A stretch of DNA of 51,951 nt, from NCBI GenBank assembly GCA_015522685.1, contig WALU01000005.1, positions 1-51,951 on the forward strand, written 5' to 3'. This stretch comes from Thermoproteota archaeon (GTDB lineage: Archaea > Korarchaeota > Korarchaeia > Korarchaeales > Korarchaeaceae). Below the pieces are notes generated by a model. It made no database searches. It worked only from the letters and a program-made list of their open reading frames with translations, and had not been told where the DNA came from. Positions 18,010-27,361 of this stretch are shown here, piece after piece; the stretch's first letter is position 1; each line of letters opens with the position of its first letter. A program made the translations under genes and the position numbers.

Positions 18010-19970
18010 GAAAGGTCTTTAGAGAGCTTACAAATTTAGAACATGCTTATGAGATACTAATGAAATATGAACCACCGCGTAGCATAGAAGAAGTCCCATT
18101 AACCGAAGCTATAGCTAGGGTCCTAGCAGAAGATGTTATATCTGATGTTGATGTTCCTGGGTTCGATAGATCGGCCTTAGATGGATATGCCGTGAGGGCA
18201 GAGGATACTTTTTGGGCAGATGAAGAAAATTCAGTTAAACTGGAAGTAAAAGGTAGGTCTGCAGCAGGTCATCCATTTAATGGAGAAATTGGAGAGCTAG
18301 AGGCTATAGAGATAGCCACCGGAGCCCCTCTTCCAAGAGGAGCGAATGCAGTAGTTATAGAGGAAGATACAGTAAGAGAAGATGATTTACATATACTCGT
18401 CTTAAGAGCTGTATCTCCTGGTGAGAACATACATGGAGCTGGTTCAGATATAAGAAGAGGAGAAACTGTCGTATATCGAGGCACCATCCTCTCAGCTAGG
18501 GAGATAGGAGCTTTAGCTGCCGTAGGCAGAGAAAAAGTGAAAGTATATGCTAAGCCCAAGGTAGGCATATTCTCAACAGGTGATGAGCTAGTTAGTCCAG
18601 GAGGGAGGTTGGACTTCGGAAAGATTTACGATGTAAATTCTTATACTATCTTCAGTTCCATAATTAGCGATGGAGGTGCACCTGAGAGATTAGGAATTTT
18701 ACCAGATAAATACGATCAGATGAAAGAGGAAATAGAGAAGGCTCTAGAGAAATATGATCTTTTGCTCCTTTCAGGTAGCACCAGCGTCGGAGCTGGAGAT
18801 GTTATGTACAGAATATTGCAGGAACTCGGTCCTCCAGGAGTTTTGGTTCATGGTATAGCAATACACCCAGGAAAGCCTACTGTAATAGCCGAAGCAAGAG
18901 GTAAGCTTATAATAGGCCTTCCTGGGTATCCTACAAGCTCTCTCTCCATATATCAAGCTCTAGTATCTCCAATTATTAAAAAGTGGAGCGGTAGATCTAT
19001 AGAAGGGCCCCAAACTATTGAAGCCATTGCTGCTGAGAGGATATTTGGTGAGAAAGGGAGAAAGGATCTATTACCAGTCCACGTGATAAAAGATGAGGAG
19101 TTCCTAACATTTCCAGTCCCTACGGGATCAGAAGCGATAACTACCCTTTCTAGGGCAGATGGATATATAATAATGGAAAAAAATCAGGAGATAGTAGAAG
19201 AAGGTGAAAAGGTATCAGTGCATCTTTACAAGGGCACCAGAATCTCAGATATATCAGTGATAGGAAGTCACTGCCTCGGATTAGAACTACTACTAGCAGA
19301 GCTTAGAGATAGAGGCTATCAGGTTAAGGTAGTCTTTTTAGGATCTACTGGCGGATTTAAGGCAATAGGTAGGAGGGAAGCCGATATAGCTGGTGTTCAT
19401 GCACTAGATCCCGAAACCTGGGAATATAACGTACCTTTCATGGGTAAATTCTCGCTGGAGAGTAAGGTTTCCTTAGTTAGAGGATATATTAGAGAGCAAG
19501 GGCTTATCTTACCTAGAGGGAATCCTAAGGAAATAGAATCCTTGAGAGATTTGTTAGAGAGAGACGATCTCACCTTCATAAATAGGAATAAAGGATCTGG
19601 AACAAGAATGCTCTTCGACGCATTAATTGAGAGAGAAGCTAAGGCTCTTGGCATGTCGTCCAAGGAAGCCATTAAGAGAATTAAAGGATATTGGAGTGAG
19701 GTTAAGTCTCATAGCGCCGTTGCAGCGGCGGTGTATTATGGTCTAGCAGATGTTGGTTTAGGGATAAAGACTGCCGCTGCTCTCTATGATCTCGATTTCA
19801 TTCATCTTGCTAATGAAAGATATGATTTCTTAGTAAGAAAGACTTCTTTGAGAAAGGAAGCAGTAAAGAGCTTCTTGAGTCTATTAAAAGATCCTAATAT
19901 AGTAAAAAGGCTGAATTCTCTTGAAGGAATAAACGTCGATGAATATCTCGGTCAAGTCATAGCCCTCTAA
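18006..19970 (+). CDS. moeA2: MoeA fused to periplasmic-binding-protein-like (PBP) domain
   Basis: MoeA motifs plus C-terminal GSHC, GSTGG, INRNKGSGTR, SHSAVAAAV; ATGA overlap with moeA and GGAGGTG RBS. Confidence 0.93.
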   Translation: MRKVFRELTNLEHAYEILMKYEPPRSIEEVPLTEAIARVLAEDVISDVDVPGFDRSALDGYAVRAEDTFWADEENSVKLEVKGRSAAGHPFNGEIGELEAIEIATGAPLPRGANAVVIEEDTVREDDLHILVLRAVSPGENIHGAGSDIRRGETVVYRGTILSAREIGALAAVGREKVKVYAKPKVGIFSTGDELVSPGGRLDFGKIYDVNSYTIFSSIISDGGAPERLGILPDKYDQMKEEIEKALEKYDLLLLSGSTSVGAGDVMYRILQELGPPGVLVHGIAIHPGKPTVIAEARGKLIIGLPGYPTSSLSIYQALVSPIIKKWSGRSIEGPQTIEAIAAERIFGEKGRKDLLPVHVIKDEEFLTFPVPTGSEAITTLSRADGYIIMEKNQEIVEEGEKVSVHLYKGTRISDISVIGSHCLGLELLLAELRDRGYQVKVVFLGSTGGFKAIGRREADIAGVHALDPETWEYNVPFMGKFSLESKVSLVRGYIREQGLILPRGNPKEIESLRDLLERDDLTFINRNKGSGTRMLFDALIEREAKALGMSSKEAIKRIKGYWSEVKSHSAVAAAVYYGLADVGLGIKTAAALYDLDFIHLANERYDFLVRKTSLRKEAVKSFLSLLKDPNIVKRLNSLEGINVDEYLGQVIAL

Positions 19971-20469
19971 TTAGGTAGATAAGATGCGGAGCTTCAGGCA
20001 ATATTAATTTTTTCAGGGCTAGTTCTAAGCCATCTGGGGATCCAGGAAGGAGGAATATAAGGGATTTCTCGTAAGTACCGGCCATTGATCTGCTAGCTAT
20101 AGCTGCGCTACCTATTTGAGAGTAGCTCAGCCATCTGAAAAGCTCACCAAATCCAGGTATTTCTTTATCAAGAAGAGGTTTTATTGCATCTGGCGTCACG
20201 TCAGTAGGATGCAAGCCTGTTCCTCCGCTGAAGATTATAACATCAGAATCCTTGGCTGCTTCCTTCATTGCAGTTATTATCAAATCCTTTTTATCAGGTA
20301 TTACCTCTCTTCTCACTAATATATGCCCTGATTTAATAATGAGTTTCTCGGCTAGGTCACCGGATACATCTGATTTACTTTTATCTTTAAATCTTGAGGT
20401 ACTCACTATGAATAGGGAGAAAGAGACTTGTTTTGGTGCCTTGCTCTTATGTTCCATAGGAACTGACAT
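19957..20469 (-). CDS. moaB: Molybdopterin adenylyltransferase MoaB/MogA family
   Basis: GGTG...D.TP, IPGFGELFR..S, SR..AG, LPGS. Confidence 0.93.
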   Translation of the reverse strand: MSVPMEHKSKAPKQVSFSLFIVSTSRFKDKSKSDVSGDLAEKLIIKSGHILVRREVIPDKKDLIITAMKEAAKDSDVIIFSGGTGLHPTDVTPDAIKPLLDKEIPGFGELFRWLSYSQIGSAAIASRSMAGTYEKSLIFLLPGSPDGLELALKKLILPEAPHLIYLIRGL

Positions 20470-21056
20470 ATAGTTTTAAGGAAGATTTAGCTTAATATTC
20501 TTATATCTAGCTTAACCTAAAGTAATATAATGATAAATCCATTTTTCCTGAGCTAGAGGATTATCTTACTGTAATTTGCAGGTTAGAAGGAGGGAAGAAA
20601 AGACTATGAGGGTAAAAGAAGGTGAATGTATGGCTCTCTATCATTATAGATTAGGCTAGGCGTTCGTCCAGTATGAGGCTGGTTCATTATAAGAAATATT
20701 GCTGCATAGATTCGATGACCAGAGAAGAGGAGGTTGCAGTATCTACCCTTAAAAGGAGGAAGTTTTCTTTAATTTCCCAATAAAAGTACTAGGAATAGAG
20801 AGCGAAATACGGAGCTTGCTGGATAGAGTACGGAGCCGGGGAGGATACCGTTCTCAGAGTTTCAGCTTTAACCAAGTTTCTTACTAGCTGTTTCAATGAA
20901 TTTAATCATAAATTTGAGAAATATTTATATAAAGCTGGATAATAACTCAGTAGTATATATCCTAGCATATAATACTATATATAGTTAATTTATGCGACCA
21001 TAAAAAAGTTAAATAGAATTCAGATCACTATATCCAAGCCCATAGAGGTGTTGAAT

Positions 21057-21284
21057 ATGGCTAAGTACAGGATAGTTCATGATAGGGAATCTTGCATAGC
21101 TGATGGTGTGTGCGCTTCCCTATGTCCCGACAACTGGATAATAGCAGATGACGGTTTAGCCAAACCCTTGAAGACAGAGCTAGATGATCTGGGATGTAAT
21201 ATGGAAGCCGCTCAGGCTTGCCCAGTAAATATAATTCACATCTATGAGATCAAGGAAGATGGAAGCGAAGTTCAACTGATATAA
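21057..21284 (+). CDS. fdx: Monocluster ferredoxin (CxxDxxC, Pyrococcus type)
   Basis: CIADGVCASLCP...AAQACPVNII; GAGGTG RBS. Confidence 0.92.
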   Translation: MAKYRIVHDRESCIADGVCASLCPDNWIIADDGLAKPLKTELDDLGCNMEAAQACPVNIIHIYEIKEDGSEVQLI

Positions 21285-21305
21285 AACTATTTTTCTAATT
21301 GTATA

Positions 21306-21626
21306 GGGTGATGGGCTCCCCCAAGGTGGATGGAAGTTAGGGAGCCCCCTTCTTTCCCTCCTAGACACTCACCCCAGCTAATTGGTAGCGCCATCCGTCC
21401 ATCTTAGGGCTGCTCCCTTCCGGGCCTAACCCTCTTCGGTGGTAAAAGGGCTTATCCCATCCCTCCGGATGAGATCGCCCCACCGGTGGCCCACCAGCGC
21501 CAAGGATCATCAGTCTAGAAGGGAGAGGATTACTCCCATCCCTCCACCGCTCTTGGAGGTTACTGGTCCCAGCATTAGCCTTCCGGTCAAGGGGATGGCT
21601 GCCCCCCCAGCCCTACCCCACCACCC
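21306..21626 (-). ncRNA. ffs: Archaeal SRP RNA (7S)
   Basis: GC-rich, about 320 nt; terminal helix GGGUGGUGGG/CCCAUCACCC, helix 6 GGAG tetraloop, helix 8 UAGGCCC-GGAA-GGGAGCAG, long helix 5 pairing. Confidence 0.95.
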
Positions 21627-21668
21627 AGTAGAAATGTATAAGATTGAAATAAAAAGGTAATAGAATGA

Positions 21669-22355
21669 TTAGTGGGAGGATAACTTCCTTACTTCATTAC
21701 CAAAGGCAATAAAAACGTCATCAGCTAACTCCGTGAATATACCTACATCTACAACCCCTGGATATAGCTTAAGTTGCTTCTCAACAGCACTTGGATCCTC
21801 TAATGGCTCACACTTAAGATCCAGTATATAGTTACCGTTATCTGAGAGAAAAATAGACCCTTCTCTCATCCTAATAATTGCTTTAGAGTCAAGAGCGCTT
21901 TCTAGAAGCTCTTTAGTCCATTCTAACCCATAAGGAAGGATTTCTATGGATAAAGGTTTTCTTGTACATAATCGATTCACTAGCTTCCTGTGATCTGCTA
22001 TTACTACATAATAATTACTATTTATCGCGAGCACTTTTTCCCTCACCAAAGCACCTCCTCCACCCTTTAGGAGGTTTAATTCACTATCTATTTCGTCAGC
22101 CCCATCTATTGTTAAGTCCGGTTTTCCATAATTTGAACCCACTACATTAAGCCCATTTTTTCTAGCAACTGACTCTATCTGACTAGATGATGGTATTACT
22201 CTAAGATCCTTAGCTAAGTTCGAAGATGCAAGTTCTTCCACAAATGTTGCGATAGTAGTTCCTGATCCAAGCCCTAATATATCAACTCCATCAACGAGAT
22301 CGAGGACATATTTAGATACTACTCTCTTTTCCATTTCAACTTGCAAGAGCATCAC
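21669..22355 (-). CDS. rpiA: Ribose-5-phosphate isomerase A
   Basis: GLGSGTT, DGADE, KGGGGALVREK, SDNGN. Confidence 0.95.
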   Translation of the reverse strand: MMLLQVEMEKRVVSKYVLDLVDGVDILGLGSGTTIATFVEELASSNLAKDLRVIPSSSQIESVARKNGLNVVGSNYGKPDLTIDGADEIDSELNLLKGGGGALVREKVLAINSNYYVVIADHRKLVNRLCTRKPLSIEILPYGLEWTKELLESALDSKAIIRMREGSIFLSDNGNYILDLKCEPLEDPSAVEKQLKLYPGVVDVGIFTELADDVFIAFGNEVRKLSSH

Positions 22356-23518
22356 CTAACTACTATCTCGACAGTATCCATATTCTCTAGAATAAAATCG
22401 GGTCCCACCTTCATAGGTGAATAGGGAAGCCTTCTGGCCCATACCTTAGCATACCTGAATCTCTCGCTGAAGGATTTATGTATGGCCTTAGCTAGATCGA
22501 TAACAGTAGATCCATGTGGTAATATCACTGCCTTTTCTGAAGGATACTTCTCATTCTTAGATTTAGTAAATATTCTGATAAGCCCCAATTCCTTCAGTAT
22601 GATATCTCCCAACTCATCTCTTGATGGTATTCCATCAGGATGGGTCACTATAGCTAGGGCCTTACCTCCAATCTTGTTTTTTAAATTCTCTATTGAAGCT
22701 TTATCATTTAGTAGATCAACTTTAGTGAGGAATATGATAAATGGCTTATATTTTTTCTCCCCAAATACGGCCTCTTCTATATCATCAAGAGTGACATAGC
22801 CTTCTATCTCTATCCATGCCCTCTCTATACCATAGAAGTGCAATATTCCTTTAATATCCTTCTCATTTCCATCGATTATTCTACCTTTATTGATTATTAT
22901 TATGGTTGGGGCTGCTTTACTCCTCTTTATCCTGACCTTTCCTCTTGGCCTCTCCAGCAGGATTCCTTTGGATTCAATAAACTTCACTAATTCCTCGAAA
23001 CGCCATGTAGGATTATCTAAAGAATCTAAGACTATCCCTAGGACATCAGCATTTCCTGCTAAGGTAACCGATAGGTTAGTAGGTCCTCCTTGTGCTTTTG
23101 GTATTATGGGAGGTACTTCCACTACTTGAATCTGAGCTCCCCTAAACTCCATCATCCCTTCCACAGGTCTGAGGGTTGAGAAAGGATTAGGAGATATCCC
23201 CACCCTAGCATTGGTTAAGGCCGAGAGTATTGTACTCCTCCCCGAGTTAGTATAACCTATAAGTACCAGTTGAGCTGCGCCTCTCTTTTCTACCATTAAG
23301 GATGGTCCTTTTGTCTTCTTATTCAATTTATGCTTTTTTATTTGTTCTCTTAGCTCAGACATTCTCCTTTTTATGAATTTTTCCATTTTCTCAGTTCCTT
23401 TATGCTTTGGAATGAGAGAGTAGAATTCCTTGAGCTTCTGTAATTTCTCCTCTGGAGTCTTTGCTTTTGAATATTCCTCCCACTTGGCTTGAGCCTCGGG
23501 AGGAATATTTGTAGGCAT
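22352..23518 (-). CDS. DRG/OBG-family GTP-binding protein with TGS domain (divergent G1/G3)
   Basis: MPTN.P, PKHKGTEK, GAAQLVL.GYTNSGRS, TKVD, TGS C-terminus. Confidence 0.88.
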   Translation of the reverse strand: MPTNIPPEAQAKWEEYSKAKTPEEKLQKLKEFYSLIPKHKGTEKMEKFIKRRMSELREQIKKHKLNKKTKGPSLMVEKRGAAQLVLIGYTNSGRSTILSALTNARVGISPNPFSTLRPVEGMMEFRGAQIQVVEVPPIIPKAQGGPTNLSVTLAGNADVLGIVLDSLDNPTWRFEELVKFIESKGILLERPRGKVRIKRSKAAPTIIIINKGRIIDGNEKDIKGILHFYGIERAWIEIEGYVTLDDIEEAVFGEKKYKPFIIFLTKVDLLNDKASIENLKNKIGGKALAIVTHPDGIPSRDELGDIILKELGLIRIFTKSKNEKYPSEKAVILPHGSTVIDLAKAIHKSFSERFRYAKVWARRLPYSPMKVGPDFILENMDTVEIVVR

Positions 23519-24075
23519 TATTTCTTCCTCCTCTTTTTCTTAACCTCTATGGCTTCCCCTAAGGTTATGGGCCTTGATGCTACTGGAGGCCCGTTCTCAG
23601 AAACGGCACGAGAGCTTCTTCCCAAGTTCCTTTGTATTATATTAACTTCTAATAGTTTTTCTATGTTTCTAGCTATCCCATAAGGTGGTACGACTTTCCC
23701 TGCTTCTATATTCCTCAATAGAGAGGACTTTATATTAAGAGCTGCAGCCACCTGCTCAATTGTGAGACCCAACTCTTCCCTAGTCTCTCTGATTATGCTT
23801 CCGTATCCTTCAATATAATCTACTTCTTCTATCTTTGGCCTCCTTCTTGGCAATGGTATGCCCTTTGGCTGCTTTTTTGATATCTTCCTCTTGAGAGGGG
23901 CTTGCTTTGGTTCCCTCAAATGGACTTTCGATTCTTCCTTATTTAATCTTCTTCCTCTAATCTTTCTAGCACAACTTGGGCAAACTACTGCTTTATATCC
24001 ATCCAGATCTATTATTATAGGTTTCCCAACGAATGTTCCGCCACATATTTCGCATACATAAACTTCCTCCGACAA
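23518..24075 (-). CDS. mbf1: Multiprotein bridging factor aMBF1
   Basis: CEICG...CPSC zinc ribbon, Cro-like HTH, TLGE; TTG start after GGAGG. Confidence 0.9.
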   Translation of the reverse strand: MSEEVYVCEICGGTFVGKPIIIDLDGYKAVVCPSCARKIRGRRLNKEESKVHLREPKQAPLKRKISKKQPKGIPLPRRRPKIEEVDYIEGYGSIIRETREELGLTIEQVAAALNIKSSLLRNIEAGKVVPPYGIARNIEKLLEVNIIQRNLGRSSRAVSENGPPVASRPITLGEAIEVKKKRRKK

Positions 24076-24151
24076 GATCCTCCGCCCCCTAGTACAATAT
24101 GATATATTCATCCTTAAGGTAAACTTTAGTTTTACTAGACATGGTGATCAT

Positions 24152-24511
24152 ATGATGAGAAAGTTTAGACCTAGAGATCTTGAGAGAATGCTCAGAAGTA
24201 TGGGAGTAAAGGTTCAGAGTCTAGATGCAATAGAAGTGCTTATACGCCTCAGAGGTGGAACTTCTCTTAAAATTTCTGATCCTCAAGTATCTGTGACAAA
24301 GGTGGGAGGAGAGGAAGTTTATCAGATAATGGGTCGTGCTGAGGAGATCGTAAAGGATGAGGAAACTCAAGCATACGAGCCTTCGGAGGACGATATAGCC
24401 CTTGTATCTTCCCAGGCTAGCGTCAGTTATGAAGATGCAAGGAAAGCTCTCATTAAAGCCCAAGGAGATTTGGCTGAGGCTATATTGAAGCTTAAGGGGG
24501 AGGCTTCTTGA
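24152..24511 (+). CDS. nac: Nascent polypeptide-associated complex protein
   Basis: PR...RM...MG, YQIMG, EDDIALV..QA.V...AR.AL....GDLAEAI UBA domain. Confidence 0.93.
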   Translation: MMRKFRPRDLERMLRSMGVKVQSLDAIEVLIRLRGGTSLKISDPQVSVTKVGGEEVYQIMGRAEEIVKDEETQAYEPSEDDIALVSSQASVSYEDARKALIKAQGDLAEAILKLKGEAS

Positions 24512-25038
24512 GCCCTAGGAGATTGTGGGCAGTATGGAGGATGCCTTATATAAAGCTAATTGCATCAAGGAGCAATGGAGAGTGCATATTCTGTACTTTA
24601 CCAGCAGAGAATAAAGATGAGGAGAACTTAATCCTTTATAAGTCAGATTATTGCTTTATAATACTGAATAAATATCCTTATAACCCTGGGCATTTAATGG
24701 TGGCTCCTTACCGTCATATAGCCAATTTAGATGAGCTTACAGATGAGGAAGCTCTTGACATGTGGAGATTAATTAGAATATCAATTTTAACGCTCAGAAA
24801 GGCCATGAATCCAGAGGGCTTCAATATTGGGGCTAATATAGGAAAAGATGCCGGTGCAGGATTTGAAGGACATATGCATATTCATATAGTGCCTAGGTGG
24901 AAGGGAGATACCAACTTCATGCCTGTAATAGGAAATACAAAGGTAGTCAGCGATGCTTTGAGAAATACGTACTATGAATTGAAGGAGGCGTTAGATGAGA
25001 TTTTAAAGGAGCTTCTCCTAGAGAAGTCCTCTAGATGA
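24508..25038 (+). CDS. hit: HIT family nucleotide hydrolase (Ap4A phosphorylase-like)
   Basis: LWA.WR, CIFC, NKYPYNPGH, HMHIHIVPRW.GD.NF. Confidence 0.9.
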   Translation: MSPRRLWAVWRMPYIKLIASRSNGECIFCTLPAENKDEENLILYKSDYCFIILNKYPYNPGHLMVAPYRHIANLDELTDEEALDMWRLIRISILTLRKAMNPEGFNIGANIGKDAGAGFEGHMHIHIVPRWKGDTNFMPVIGNTKVVSDALRNTYYELKEALDEILKELLLEKSSR

Positions 25039-25073
25039 ATGTTTATTTATCTCATATCTAGAAAACATTTGGA

Positions 25074-25147
25074 GGGGCCGTAGTCTAGCTTGGTAGGATG
25101 CCGGTCTCGGGAGCCGGAGGTCCCGGGTTCAAATCCCGGCGGCCCCA
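25074..25147 (+). tRNA. tRNA-Pro(CGG)
   Basis: GGGGCCG/CGGCCCC acceptor, CCGGT-CTCGGGA-GCCGG anticodon arm. Confidence 0.95.
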
Positions 25148-25210
25148 TTTCCTTAAGGAGCGTTGTATTTAGTAAAACTTATTTGAAAATCCAGACATTA
25201 TCTATTAATA

Positions 25211-25285
25211 AGCCCCGGGCGGGATTCGAACCCGCGACCTGCCGCTTACGAGGCGGCCGCTCTGACCGAGCTGAGCTACCGGGGC
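25211..25285 (-). tRNA. tRNA-Thr(CGT)
   Basis: GCCCCGG/CCGGGGC acceptor, GCCGC-CTCGTAA-GCGGC anticodon arm. Confidence 0.95.
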
Positions 25286-25337
25286 ATTGATATATGCGCT
25301 GAAAAGTACTGCTATAAACTTTACTAGATGAGGGAAG

Positions 25338-25880
25338 ATGGACAATGAGGATTTAATAGTATTAGCCCTTGCAGTAGTGGCCCGAGACTTAAGCTTGGCT
25401 AAGAAGATGGCTCATTTCGCTCATGATGGAGTTCTAGAAGAGGGCGAGATGCAAGAAAAACTTAAATTACCATCAGCCGAGCTCAGGCAGCTCCTATATA
25501 GGATGCAGGATTCTAACTTAGTCGTCCAGCTTGGAACGAAGGAGGATGAGTCTGGAAATAGACTTACCTACTGGAGGATAAATAAAGATATTGCTGAGTC
25601 TTTCCTCATTAGGAGGATAAAGAACGTCCTAGATATTCTTAGAAAGAGGCGTAAAGAGGAATCTTCAGGTGAATATTATGTATGTGCCGCAGATCCAACT
25701 CATGTAAGACTTAGCTTTGATGAAGTTATAGCTAAGATGGGAGAATCCAGAGGCCTTGTATGTCCTGTATGCGGAGCTCTGCTAGAACCAGTTAATAAGG
25801 AAAAAGTACTAGAAGATCTTGACAGAATGATTGAAATATTAGAGAGAGCATTAGGTGTACTTGAAGGAGAGGCAGGTTGA
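25338..25880 (+). CDS. tfe: Transcription factor E alpha (TFE)
   Basis: Winged helix (LR.LLY.M...YWRIN), YYVC...H...F.E...CPVCG zinc ribbon. Confidence 0.85.
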   Translation: MDNEDLIVLALAVVARDLSLAKKMAHFAHDGVLEEGEMQEKLKLPSAELRQLLYRMQDSNLVVQLGTKEDESGNRLTYWRINKDIAESFLIRRIKNVLDILRKRRKEESSGEYYVCAADPTHVRLSFDEVIAKMGESRGLVCPVCGALLEPVNKEKVLEDLDRMIEILERALGVLEGEAG

Positions 25881-26632
25881 CTAGAAGTTTTATTATACAA
25901 GAGAGAATACCTAATAGCCTTCCTTTGGAAAAGCTACTTGAAGAGCTTGGATGGGAGATCTTGGAGAGGCTTGAAGGTTTAGATACACCAGATTTAGATC
26001 TAGATTTAATAAATGGCTGGGTTCAAGTAATGATATCCGGGCCCGATGAAGTTATAGCTGAGAATTTAATTATCAAGTCCTACGGAAGAATGCCGGAGTC
26101 GGATAAATTAGAGGTAGGTAATGCCTTCAAGGGATTCATAGCCGATCTGGGTAAGGTCGGATACGGGATTTACTTTAGAGTTTCCACTCCTGGAAAAGAT
26201 GCTCTTTATCCTCTATTTAAGATGAGATCTCAGCTAGCAATGGAAAGAAAAGCACCAGTTAGGAAAATAGTAAGGGCCTATGGTCTAATCAATGATCTAG
26301 CTTTGGAACTCGAATTAATCAAGAGGGATGAAAAAGGAATATATGTATCTCTCTCCTCCAAGCAGCTATCCACAATAGAAAGCTGGGTAAGGAGAGGCGT
26401 CGACGTCTTGTTCATCGTGGGAGCAACACCCAAGCAGGTAAAGAGAGCATTACTCAGAACAGGTCATAGAAGAGATGTTAGTATTATGAGGGCATCCTTT
26501 CTATCTCACGCGCTCATCTGTAAGAAAGGGACACAGGCGAGGGGACTTATACCTAGACTTGGACCCTATCTTCCCAGAGCAACTCTCTCAATTCTCTTAG
26601 CAACAAGGGTTAAGAAGCTTCTTTCTGAATAA
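25877..26632 (+). CDS. DUF2110-like protein
   Basis: GPDEVIA.NLI...G, GKVGYG, G..A.GLIP..G; overlaps tfe, a neighbourhood I recall for DUF2110. Confidence 0.7.
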   Translation: MTRSFIIQERIPNSLPLEKLLEELGWEILERLEGLDTPDLDLDLINGWVQVMISGPDEVIAENLIIKSYGRMPESDKLEVGNAFKGFIADLGKVGYGIYFRVSTPGKDALYPLFKMRSQLAMERKAPVRKIVRAYGLINDLALELELIKRDEKGIYVSLSSKQLSTIESWVRRGVDVLFIVGATPKQVKRALLRTGHRRDVSIMRASFLSHALICKKGTQARGLIPRLGPYLPRATLSILLATRVKKLLSE

Positions 26633-26675
26633 GAGGAAGCTTTAAAAATCCTCCTCACATCAAGTGAGATAGGGG

Positions 26676-26779
26676 GCCGGGGTGCCCTAGCCCGGTAGGG
26701 GGCTGGCCTGCTAAAGGCCTTCTGCAGAAAGCCAGTGGCTCATTGGGCCGCGAGGGTTCGAATCCCTCCCCCGGCGCCA
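26676..26779 (+). tRNA. tRNA-Ser(GCT) with 16-nt intron (26714-26729), encoded CCA
   Basis: GCCGGGG/CCCCGGC-G-CCA, long variable arm, anticodon GCT followed by BHB intron at 37/38. Confidence 0.93.
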
Positions 26780-26785
26780 TTCTCT

Positions 26786-26858
26786 GGGCCGGTGGTCTAG
26801 AGGCTATGACGCCGCCCTTACGAGGCGGAGACCGGGGGTTCGATTCCCCCCCGGCCCA
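26786..26858 (+). tRNA. tRNA-Val(TAC)
   Basis: GGGCCGG/CCGGCCC acceptor, CCGCC-CTTACGA-GGCGG anticodon arm. Confidence 0.95.
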
Positions 26859-26949
26859 TTAGGGAGAGCGAAGTTGATAAAGGAAAGAGGAGTTCTATAA
26901 CAGGAAATTTATATTACTTCCCTGATCCTAAATCGATTGGTGATCTTCA

Positions 26950-27228
26950 ATGCCAACCTACGTAATGCTAATATTATACAAGCTGAAAGAGTTAAGCGAT
27001 GAAGAAGAAGAGAAAGCTCGAAGGCAATGGGAAGATATAATGGAGGATTGGCCGCCAGAAATCAGGTTGATTGGTGTGTATGATCACGCTTGGGGGACAG
27101 AGTATAACGGAGTAATACAAGTAGAGACTGAAAGTATGGATGCATTCACTAGGTTTTGGAAATGGTTTAGAGATAAGATAAGATGGTATGCTCCCGAGAC
27201 TAAAACAATAGTGGCTTTGAAGAGGTAG
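26950..27228 (+). CDS. Small hypothetical protein (probable dimeric alpha/beta-barrel, ferredoxin-like fold)
   Basis: GGTGA RBS and upstream TTTATA; beta-alpha-beta-beta-alpha-beta pattern. Confidence 0.75.
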   Translation: MPTYVMLILYKLKELSDEEEEKARRQWEDIMEDWPPEIRLIGVYDHAWGTEYNGVIQVETESMDAFTRFWKWFRDKIRWYAPETKTIVALKR

Positions 27229-27361
27229 TTCCTCTGACATAGCTTTATTCTTTCTTATCTACCTATTATCTATTTATTCTATCATCTTATTTAAGGATAT
27301 ATTGCTTGTCTATTTTTAATGCAAATAGAATAAAAATAAATTGGATGCTATGATATACTGG

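Noticed and set aside
21180-21660. ORFs 21180-21368 (-) and 21439-21660 (+)
   Set aside because: Artefacts of the GC-rich SRP RNA and the ferredoxin gene
25090-25290. 66-aa ORF; also ORF 50863-51045 and the rpl18e extension to 47638
   Set aside because: Read through tRNA genes
25074-27361. tRNA-flanked segment as a possible integrated element
   Set aside because: No integrase, no duplicated tRNA end (att site); contents are core genes such as tfe
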